DNA of 64,000 bases from Camelus ferus (lineage: Eukaryota). A program made the translations under genes and the position numbers. Below, in pieces: positions 38,111 to 49,100 of the stretch (positions are counted from its first letter, which is position 1; each line of letters starts with the position of its first letter). Below the pieces are notes generated by a model. The model did no database searches. It saw only the letters and a list, made by a program, of their open reading frames with translations, and was not told where the DNA came from. Location of the stretch: positions 10,108,001 to 10,172,000 of the forward strand of contig NC_045698.1 in the NCBI RefSeq assembly GCF_009834535.1, in the 5' to 3' direction.

Positions 38111-40149
38111 AAAAGTAAAACTTGTTTTGGAGTTGATTTGAAGGTCTTGAAAGAGAATATTATCTACATAGAAATGTGTTTAATTACTTTTCAACCATTT
38201 GCATTAAAATATTAAAATTTAAGTACTCATTTTAACTTGATCTATAATTTCAGCATTTGATAAAATGAAGATAGAATATTAGTGGTTTGTAATAATGAGA
38301 AATTAATTGGAACGTGACACTATTTCAGCATTCCAACTATTAAATTATATCTAGCCTTGCCATAAAACCAAATATCATGCAGATATTTGGGAGAAGGATT
38401 GGAAATCATTACAGTCCTAGAGTTACAAAGATACACAGAATGTCCAGCAGACCCAACCAGGCCTGATTTGCCCAGGAAAATAAGTAAATCAGACATCTGG
38501 TTTGTGCTTCAGTTTGTACGACCACAGAGAAAGAACTGATTTATGTTCAGCAAAAAACATACACACAGAAAATTATTTATACTGTTGTAAAAGAAACAAA
38601 ACATTTTAGCTTGCCAAAAATATAGTGCTGTTATAGGAAAAACCTGTTGCTAAGTCTCATTGGTCGCTGTAGGTAATCATCCTTTTGACTAAAACTACAG
38701 GAATGCCAATCCAGATTTTTCAGCATTTGAAGAACTCTAAAATTGCACCATTTAAGGTAATGCTGGCTGGCTAAACTTTGCAACGTTTGATTGTAGACCA
38801 TAAGCTGCACAGCCTGAGGTCAGAATTAGGCAATCTACATTATTTGGGATAATGGAGGACAAAGGCAGGGCTCAGCCAATGGCTGTTCTTCTGTCTCATC
38901 ACTTGGCCGAGTGCAGATGGAAATCACCCACAGAGATACAGAGAGGCTGCTGCGGAATAATTGTTCAGTAGACCATGTGTGTCTCTGAAACCTGACTAGG
39001 TTTAAGCACTAGTTCTTCTCTGTTCCTGGATGTTTCTCAGTCTGAAACGTCTTCTCTGGTCATAAGCTTAGAAAACAAGAAAGAAATTGGCTCATTGCTA
39101 ATTAAAAGCAAAAACGCTGGCATCAAAGCACAGAGGGTTTGTGTTGTTTTTGTTTTGTTTCCCACATATAAAGGAGAAGGGTCTATCTCTGTGACTCTTG
39201 CCCTCAGCAGTGGTCAGCATACATCTAGAGCCACTCGCCGGCTGTATGTGTTGGCTGTCCTCTGAAAAGGCAGCACGATGCCACCGAAAAACCCAGCAGT
39301 GAACACAAGTAGGTTTAGGTAAGGCTTCTGCAGGAGAGTGAAACAAAGGAGTGTGTCTGCTGACACTTCGGCATCACTGGGGTATAGATTCTTCGTGTAC
39401 TTTTGGGATAGATCCACTTTACAGTGCTGCTGGCTTATTGAGAAGTTAGCTCTGGTCACCATCCATCCATTTTGGCTTAATGCTCAGTGGCTGTGGTTTT
39501 TAGTAGTTTGCACGCAAGGAGTTAGTTACATGCACAGTTTGGCATATACTTTCTGGACCTGACTTAGTTAAGAGTCTTGGCTGCTGGGGCACCAGAGGGG
39601 ATTTATCTTAAGTGTACAGAGCCCTTCAGTCCGCCTAGGGAAGGGGAGGGAGGAGGTGTGGCCTTGCCTCCCTGGGAGGATCTGTGGGGAGTGGGAGCTG
39701 GTTCACTCGGAAATAGCCACTGTTTTGCCTGTTTCCTGTTTCTCCCTCGGGTCTACATTCTGTCTGTCTACCCAGCCAACTCTACTTTACCTTCATAGTT
39801 TAAGGAGAGATTGACTAGCAGCTCTGAGAAGCTGGTCAGCTACAGTCAGGGGTGTACACGGCACACTTACACCCTTGCCCAAGAAAGATTCTGCTGTGGA
39901 GTTTATGGTCCCCTGGTTAAGAACCTGTTTTTGGTGATTTTTTAAGACGTTCCCTCCAAAGGTAGAATTCAGCAAGCCAAGTAGGGAATACAGTGTTTAG
40001 AGTAAGAGATTTTGGTCTGTCTGGAGTGAAGACCCATGAACTTGGTTGGGAAAGAAATTAATTACATCTTTATTTTCACAGCTGTCCAGTTAAACACAGT
40101 ATCTTTCACTTGTGAATGTGATGCAGCTGCTCTGGCAGCACCTGTGACT

Positions 40150-40435
40150 TGTCACCAGTGGACATCGCAGATATTTTCAGATTCCATTCTGTGTGGTTAC
40201 TGCAGATCTCTCAGAATTTCAGTAATGCTCATCACTGCTTCAGAATCAGTGACTACTAGACTGACAGCTAGATCTTGTTATTTAGTGTGCAATAAAGAAG
40301 CACATAATACTTTAAAATCTTTAGATAACTTTAAAAAATATAATTAGCTTTCTGTGTAACTTTCTGTGTTTTATTTTACATATTTGAAAACAGTATTCTG
40401 AGAAGAGGTCCATTAATATTTGCCAGGCTGCTACT
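40150..40435. mobile_element. hAT-Charlie-type DNA transposon fragment
   Basis: TTATTTAGTGTGCAATAAAGAAGCACAT and TTTGAAAACAGTATTCTGAGAAGAGGTCCAT resemble Charlie/MER119-family sequence. Confidence 0.55.
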
Positions 40436-42023
40436 AGTTAGAACTATACTACTCCCAAAACATTGCGAGCTGGAATTGAGAGCACAGTTTTCTTTTATGA
40501 CTGTCAGGATTCAAATGTTTTCAACAAGTTTTCAGGTTACCTTCCAATTTTCTCCACTTTTTGTTTAGAACTCCTTCCCTTCCACAATTTTTCCTTTTTA
40601 ATCTTTGAAGGTCTAGTAATGGATTCCATTTCTTGTTTTTCCTTTGCATAAATTGTATATTCTTTGGAGCTGAAGATTCTACATTATTCTAGCATTAAAA
40701 TTTAGAGCTATACCAGGATAAAACTAGATTTGGGAGCATAACCTCAAGGTGTGGAAGGAAGATATGTTTTATAAGCCAGTGTTTCTCAAGATTAGGTTTG
40801 ATAAGGCTCAGTTCACTTAAATCTACCTGGGCATTTTCAATAACACTAATTTGATCACATTGACAGTTACACAAATATTTTGGGAACCTCCCCCCATGAT
40901 TAATGTAGCCTATTTTGTGTAATGTAACATTAGTCCATTTAGTAGGGGCTCAGCATAATTTATGAGAGTCATGAAAATATATAGGACACTTAGATGCTGG
41001 GCTAGGGGAGACAAAGCTTGTGAAAGAAAAGTTCGCAAAATACTACGTTACAGTAAAAGTGTCCCTGCATCAGAAACACTGATTTGCGACAATTTTGGGG
41101 GGAGGCTAATGCATTTTGGGATAACGACAATCAAGCATAGTTTTTTTTAAAAAATATATTTTATGCCAGTCCTTTATAAAAACAGGTCTTAAAAATTCCT
41201 GTTTATGCTTTCAGAGATGATTTTAAAATTTAGATACATTTAATCTTTCAAATCTTTCACTTTTACTGAATGCCAAGTGAATGGAGATAGCCAAAACATT
41301 TAATTCTTCTTTAAATCATAGTCACTTGAGAGTTTGGTCTTAAGTCCTGTCTTTATAAGGCTGTTGAACATTTTATGCACGTATTTACAAGGTTGAGAGT
41401 GGATTTATTCATTTCATAAATGCAGTGGTCTTCTGAAACACTTGACCATTAAATTTAGTTTTCACAAGAGTATTTTTAGCTTAGCAGGAACAGCCCATTT
41501 CCAAGACTCTGTTTCTGTGTACTACTTTCCCTACCATAGGTTCCTCTGTGGACTCTGCCCTGAGGTTTGAGAGAGGAAGGTGCTTACAGTTTGACAGCAG
41601 TGAGCCACAAGAATGCCCCAGGGGGCAGGTGATTTATTCTGAAAACCATTTGAGTGTTGAAAACAAATTAATATTCCTGTATTTAAAACGTTTGTAAATA
41701 AATTGCCACGTTTACATTTTGTTTTCAGTGGTTTATATTTCACAAGTTTAAAGTTTCAAAGTTTAAAGTCCCATTGTATTTTTTCATATAATAGCTGGAA
41801 TATGAGTATTTACAAATATTAGGGAAAATTTCAAACACAGAGATCTTTTTCCTGCCAGGTGTTTCTGGCACTTGTTGAATTTCATGTTAAGTCTTGGTGT
41901 CTGGCTGCTCTGAAATGTGGGGCACTAGCAGAGCATCCAGTGGCTCTGGATTCTGACCTTTTAAAGCATGCTGTCTCTGGTTTATTAGCAAATAGGGAAT
42001 TACAAAATAAAAATAGAAAAGAA

Positions 42024-42193
42024 GGGGGAAGGGTATAGCCCAAGAGGGTGGGGGAGGATATAGCTCAAACGGTAGAGCACATGCTTAGCATACACAAGGT
42101 CCTGGGTTCAGTCCCCAGTACCGCTCTAGAAATAAATAAGTAAGCCTAATTCTTCCCCCCTGGAAAATAAAAAGAAATAAAAAATAAAAGAAA
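42024..42193 (+). mobile_element. Camelid tRNA-derived SINE (Vic-1 type) with duplicated 5' head
   Basis: GGGGGAGGATATAGCTCAAACGGTAGAGCACATGCTTAGCATACACAAGGTCCTGGGTTCAGTCCCCAGTACC (Pol III A and B boxes), then AAATAAATAAG..CCTAATT.TTCCCCCC and an A-rich tail. Confidence 0.9.
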
Positions 42194-43043
42194 CCTGACA
42201 GAGGGAGACGGAGAGAAAAAGAGAGAAAGGAAGAGGATAGATAACGCTGGACCAAGTGGCTTCCCTCCCTCGGCTAGGACCCAGGGCCCCCTGGGAGAGG
42301 ACGAACTGCTCCTGTCTGCTGCTGTCAGGCGCCTCAGAGTTCTACGTGAAGGAGGCTCCTTTGCATCTGTATGTGAATGTAAGACCTTCCCTGGCACGTC
42401 CACAGGCCCACTGCTGCAGGTTAAATGAAAGCAAAATCAGCCCTGGCTGTACCACGACTTGGCTCGGTTTCTACCTCACTGCAAGGGTTTTATCAGTGTT
42501 GTCTACTTTTTCTGTTTCATTTATCTGTTTATCATAGATTACATTAATATTGTTTATTGTGTATGTGCCTCGTGTTTATTTTTATTTTTCACAAATATTC
42601 CTACTCCATGATTTTCCTAGCTCATGAAGTAATTCTTCATTTCCCCACTTCTTTTAACCATTCTTCCCTAAAACTGTCTCCTTCAGGGCAGAGATTTCAT
42701 TTGGCCCTCATTGCCCTGTATTTGCCGAGCTGGAGCAGCCAAGCTGTAGGTGTGGTGTGAGGACCACACAGCAAAGGCTTTCTACTTGGCACCAGAGATG
42801 AAAGGAGGGGTCACTGTAGGTGATGGTTGTCTGCACAGGAATGCCTCCACTTAGAAGGGCAGAGACAAGGGTCAGTGTCCAAGTTGGCTGAGGTACTTAA
42901 TGCCAAGATTCAACTTAGAAGCCCCAGGTTATCACCTTGTGCTCTGTGTCGTGGTTAAAAAGCCTGGTCCCTTCTTGATGTTTAAAAGGTGACCGGTGTT
43001 GCTGTCAAATGTGATGCTTCCTTAACTTGACATCCTTAATTGA

Positions 43044-43177
43044 TAGGCTGACCATGTAATTTATGATCCAAACAGAGATGCTTTTGAGAGTGAAAGAGGG
43101 TGTTACCGATCTTTATTCTGGAACAATAGGTGCAAACTGGGACTGTCCCTGTCGAACCAGGATGTACAGTCACTCGA
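43044..43177. mobile_element. MER94-like hAT-Blackjack MITE
   Basis: TAGGCTGACCATGTAATTTATGATCCAAAC..CTTTTGAGAGTGAAAG..CTGGGACTGTCCC..GTCACTC, ~134 bp with degenerate terminal inverted repeats. Confidence 0.75.
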
Positions 43178-46100
43178 TTTACTGACCACAGAAGATGAGA
43201 GTCATGTTAAGATACTCATGACTCCCAGTGATGAGTGTTTTGTGACTTCTCCCCAACTTGTATACAATAATGTGTGATTCAGTATTGGACACATAAAGGC
43301 ATTGACAACTGGTCGAGAAGAGGAGTCAGAAGAGCTGGTGCTGACTCAGAGCCCCTGTCAATAGCGGTCTGTTTAAAAACAGACCTAAAGTACATTCAGA
43401 GACCACCCCCCGCCCCCAGCTTCTCGAGTGGCTGAATCACCCGTTTCATGTGTAAGCTGAGTGGGCTGAGAGCCGTGAATCAGGATTTGTCAACACTCAG
43501 GACCTGGCGTGCGGCCTCCTCGTCTTCACAAGAACTCAGAAGGGGGTCTTTGTGCTTCAACCCCCCTCTCCAATCACAGAAGAAGGATGGTGAAAAAGCC
43601 TTTTTAACTTCGTCCTGTTCTGAGTGAGTGAGGAGTGACTTTGGTCAGAGAGCCTCTTCCAGCCCTGGCCGGCATCTGCCTGATCCCCTGGTGTGAGTCT
43701 GGTGTCCCAGAACACGGGGAACATCGTCTCCAGCACTGGAACCCTTGGCAGCTTCTTTGTTAGAGGAATTGTTCTGTATTTGTTCTTAATTGTTTGGTAA
43801 TGCTAGGTTAAAGGCATGTTTAAATGCGATTTTAAAACCACCTTAAAATAAAAATGTGTTCTTTTTCACTTTTTCTGCCCTCAAAATTCTTCAAAAGTAT
43901 AAATATTTAAATAAACAAATTGTCTATTAAAACATGTGTTTTTCTTACAATCTGGAATTTTCTACATATTATGTGTATATATATATCTTTTAAATTTACC
44001 TGGTTTTGGAAGGCATATTGGGTAAAGTACCAATGAACTGTAACACAGACGTAGTCAGGTCTGTGTATTATATTCCCTAGTTTTCTGGTGCAACCTCCTG
44101 AAATAACCTAGATAAAAAGCTGGTTACATGCTGATATTTTCAGTCTTTGTGGCCTGAATTTCCAGGCTGATCATTACATACTGCCTGGAGCTTCTTATTC
44201 TCATTGGATTAAAAAAGATTACTTTGAAGCGAATGGGGCAAAAGAGGCTAACTGATTTTACCACTCTTTTTCTTTAACTGTGCTGAGAGTATTGAGTTAA
44301 ACGGAAGCTGTCAGTATTCTTACCTAAATAAGGCTCGCTTGCTTTAGAAAAAAAATAACCTAAATTGGACTTCGGTTAAGAGTCTCATTTTTAGCTTTAA
44401 AGAAAAAAAAGAATCACAGAAGTAGGACATGTGTTGGAACTGTCTCATCTTTGCATATGAGAATACAGGTAGATCGTTTTAATTTGCTTTTGGAGTTTAT
44501 TATTTGAGTTGACTTATTTTTCTACACATGATAAAATATTTAGCTTTGTCCAGTGAAATCCTTCAGAAAAGAACTAAGGTATAAAGATCATGCAAGAAAG
44601 TGGCATTTATACACACTTTTAGAATTTTTTTGGGTTCCATTGTATGGATCATTAAAAAAATAACCGACAATGGAATATTAAACTGCATTTTTGTGGTTTG
44701 ATTCTTCTATTAGCACTATGTCTCAGTCTCTTTCCTTGTTTTAACTAAAGTTACAGCCTCTTTCTAAGTAATGAAAAAAGATATCTTATTTGAGGAGTAT
44801 AGAATAAATGTGGATGTTTTCTGGAGACACCATATTGTTCTTAGATGCCTCAAAATGTGTTAGAAAACACTGAAAGGGGAAAACTCTTCCCAGACATTGA
44901 TTAGGTCACAATTCTGTTAGTGCCTCTCCAAAGGTTGGGGCATCTGTTGAAACTGAAGTTGGAGCCCCACTCAGTGCCTTACGGACCCTGCGAAGCACAG
45001 ATGAGCTGGTTACTGGCCCCGTCTGCTGTTGTTGGCTGCCCACTCATCCTGGTGCTGGCTGTTATCCATCCGATCTGAGACCCTGATGGCCCTTGTGCCA
45101 GGTTGTAAATGGCTGTGGGCAGGCCTGTGATTGGGTGTTTCTGGGCGGGATGTCTTTGAGGTGGAGCATGGAACACTCACATGGGATGTGCGTCCACAGT
45201 AGCCCCAGGGCAGCTGCGTTGCAGGAATCCCTTTTGGGGGGCCATTTCAGTGCACTCGGGGCTCTGGCTTCCTCTCGCTTTGCCTTACAGACCAAGGTCA
45301 GGGGTACTGAAAATAGACAGATGAGAGGATTTCAGCCAAGGTTAGGCTGAAACTTGAGTAGATAGCCAGAGAAGTACCTGGCACAGCGGAAAGAGCCAAA
45401 AATCCGGAGAGTTTTGTATTCTGGCTCTGCCACTTACGGCGTGGCAGCCCGGCGACTGCTGTTCCCTGAGCATGTGCTCTGTGTCGGGTAGGAAATCAGG
45501 GTCCGCTGCTGTGTTTTCCATCCCCAGGGAGCCCCTGCTGAACTCTTCTGTTGAGTGTCTCATGGGCTCTTTCCGGAGTCCCTCTTCATGTTGACGCTCT
45601 TCTCTCTCCATGAACAGATGAGGCCCTGAGACACTAACCATCTTAATTTGATGAAGGTAATGGGCTGGGACGCGTGGAAGTGTTGGGATCCAGACCTCGC
45701 TCTAACTCTGAGGCTTACTGTGTTCTTTGTCTGGCACCATGTTGTCTCTTTAAATTTTAGCATTTCTTCCAGTTAAGCTGTCTTTGTGGGTGGAGAGAGA
45801 TGACCAGGGTATGTGGAACAAAGGATACTTACCTGGAGGTCACAGCCCAGTGAAGGTGACACAGGACATTCCAAGTACAGGGCTGATTGGGGTGGAGGGG
45901 AGCAGTGGCTCAGCACTGGTGAATGGAAACAGGGGCCTCGGGCCCAGCATGGGGGACCCCTCCCTAAGCAGAGACTGATCTAATGCACTGGACTTGGCCC
46001 TTCTGCAGCCCTTCTGCGCCTGGCAGGACAAGGCTGGTAGGGGGGCAGGGCACCCTGTAGGGACATGGTTCCCTTGTCAGTGACTTCATGGCTTCTCACC

Positions 46101-49100
46101 TGGCGCCATGCTCACCAGAGTGGAACCAAGGTGAGCCTCCATCACATCACCTTTGGTCTTGATAGCATTCCCTGGATTGCCTGACAGAGATGCTTCAACC
46201 TTGGGACACACTTATGTCTGATAGGAACTGTTGTCAGAGTGTGGGATGAATAGTTTTGAAAGCAGGGAGACAGTCTGTTTTAGAAGGGATTGGCTTATCG
46301 GTGCAATGAAGTTTCTTCCTACTTGCCTGTAGGTTTGGCTAACAGTCTCGTTTGTAATAATGGAAGTGTGTTCTATGCCCTAATTTTGCTAAGGTTTGAG
46401 TGCTCCCCAGTTGTGAATTTGGAGTTCTGATGATTTTTTAAGTCATTCCCTGATTTTCTAGAGAATTGATAAGGAAAATAGGACCAAGTACTGCTGAGAA
46501 CCTCGGCATTGCCGTTACCTCCCCCCGGAGCAGGGATGGCACAGACTGGCATATACGCTCTGCCTCCACCCGGGCGGCAAGGCATCGCCCCTCAGTGCAC
46601 TTTGCCCCAAGCCAGGACCGTGCCCTGCTCCTCACACAGCCTGCAGACAGCCCTGAGTACCTCAGGATGGAGCCCAGATGGCCCCTGGGATCTGGGGATG
46701 TGGGCCGTCTTCCAGTAGGGTTCAGAGGACACCGCTCCTTCCACTTTCCTGTGGCTAACGCCTTATCGTGGCCAGGTTGGTTACTCCTCTCCTGGAACTT
46801 CCCTTACGTTTCCCTTGGCTGAGAGCTGTGACTCAGGCTCTGCGCAGCTGCAGCTCTGCGGTGCTGAGGTTGTGCCTGTGCAATGATTCTTGTGATTTGT
46901 CTTCTCTCTCGATCAACCGGATTGTGGTTTAAACAGGGCTGTTTTCCCTTCCTTTCTTCAATAGGAGGAGTCCAGTAAATACAAATAATAAAAAAATTGT
47001 GTCCTTAGAGACTTTGTTTTATTAAAAGGCTGTTAAATAGGCATCAGTTTACCAAAAAATGTAGTGTGCTTTTTCAGAAGAATTAATGCACCCCCTAAAT
47101 GTTATTGGTTTAAACAAAGTTGTTACTTGGTAAAGATTTCTTTCTTTGACCAATCCCCTGACCCTCCCCCGTTAAAAAAAAAAATCCTTGAAGAAACTCG
47201 AATTTAAAAAAGGGAAAAAACCAAATTCAACACTGCTACTTAACCATCAGCCTCATTTCCCCCACCTCCCTAATAGGATTAGGTTTCAAACTTGGACTGA
47301 ACCAAACGTTGTGTCTCTTCTACTCCCCATCTTCCAAGGAAGGATGCACGGTGAGCTGCCCCCATTCCTGGCTACACTTTTCAGGATCCCCTGCGTTGGT
47401 GGCCTGGGGTTCTGTGGGATGCTGCCAGCTATTAGCCTTCGACAGACGGTGACTAAATTTGTTTTTCAAACGTATTACCCAAGGGATCATGGCTCGTGAG
47501 AGAATATGAATCCCACAGTTGAAAAATATGCACTCTCACTCCCGCTTTCCGTGTGCTCCCCGGTGCATTAATGAGGACTTCCCCTTGACCTTGACTTCAC
47601 AGCTCCTGGGCCAGATGAGCAGGCTTCCCAGAGCCTACTGCCTGTGCACATCGCTGGTTCCGTGTCCACTGAAAATCCAACCCGTTGCTCACTGATTGCC
47701 TGGCTTGCAGACTTTATCCACGGGGATTTGGAAATGTTTTGGTTAGGAGAGGTTTGCTGCTCACCTTAGCAGCACCGATGTCTGGGGAGTTGAAGGAAAT
47801 ACTGCACACTGTTCTCGTGTCCTCTGAGCAAAAAGACAACTGGCAGCTGCTGGAAACTCTGTGTCCCCTTCTCATGGCCTCTGTCCAGTCATCGGATCAC
47901 AGGGCTTGGGTTCTGCAAGGTGCCTTTCACTGCCCTCTGAACCACTAAAGACACTAACAGTGTTGCTGTGGCTTTGAACTTGTGATTTTGTCATATTGAG
48001 AAGATGGTAAAGCGTCCACGCGCTGGACTGTGTTTGCATTTGCTTAATATTAGCTGTCTGCTGTGGTGCAGGACGTCATTGGTTTGGAGGAGTCTTACTT
48101 CCCTTCCTAACTGTTCTGTGCTCATATGAGTAAGACATGGACTTTTAGAGGGAGGATTGCATGTTAGCATCTTTTACATGCTCCTGAAGTAAACTTCCAT
48201 TATAAAACACTTGTTTCATCATGGTTCTTTTCAGTACATACTATATGTGGAAAGTTCTTGATGTTTCAGGAAAAAAAAATTCAAGTTAGGTTAGTGGGAG
48301 TGAGGGTGGACACTTTCTGGGTCCAGTTTTCATCCCGCGCTTTGACACCCTTCGAGCATCGCTGTGCTTCCCTTGTGGTTCCCGTGCTTTTCTGCAGCAG
48401 TTGGCATCTTATTGTTCATTAATCTGATCAATCACCTTTGGTGTCCTGAACCCTAACCGCAGATCAGACTCCTCCTGTGGGCGCCCACCTTCCCTGAGCT
48501 CGCTGACTCAGTGCGCGAGCAGGACCTGGCCCAGCCCCCCGGGGCTCGCGGACAGTGCCACTTGTAGATGCACTCGGGGTCTAGCCATGTCCAGTGTCCT
48601 CCATTTGTACGAGTGTACCCTGTAGGCTGTTCAACATTTTCACTTCATAAAGCTTGTTTGTAATTTTAAATGTTGTAGATTTTTTGTTGACTGTTGGTTT
48701 TTGTGTGTGAGTGTGGTTGCAAAAAGCACCTAAGGGGTTATGGACGTATTAGAATTTGTCCTGTTGATGAGTATAGTGAAGTGACAGATATTTGGAAGGG
48801 GGAAAGGCCATTTATTTGAAATGTTTAATGATAATTATTCGTAGTGTAACTTGCCATGATTTTAGTCATGATTTGAAAATTATGAGCTGCTTTTGTCCCC
48901 CATATACTTACATTTTTTTTGCCCAGTGTTCAGTATATAGGATTTTTACACCCAGGATTCTTATAATTTACATTTTCACAGCTCTAGTCATCGGGTCATT
49001 GCTATGAATTCTAAGGATGATTACATTTAGTCTGAAAATGTATCACTGCTTTTATGAACCCAGTATCTCTCCGTATCAGGACATGAGGTGGTAAGTAACT

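Noticed and set aside
42050..42122. tRNA gene
   Set aside because: The tRNA-like head continues into a SINE body and A-rich tail, and a related copy with a TSD is at 26574-26739. It is a SINE.
43228..43345. C/D box snoRNA (GTGATGA ... CTGA)
   Set aside because: No convincing terminal stem or recognisable rRNA guide; such short boxes occur often by chance.
49038..49096. ATG TAT CAC...ATG AGG TG|GTAAGT as an alternative coding first exon
   Set aside because: Strong donor but phase 2 from both in-frame ATGs; it could only be a non-coding exon and there is no other support.
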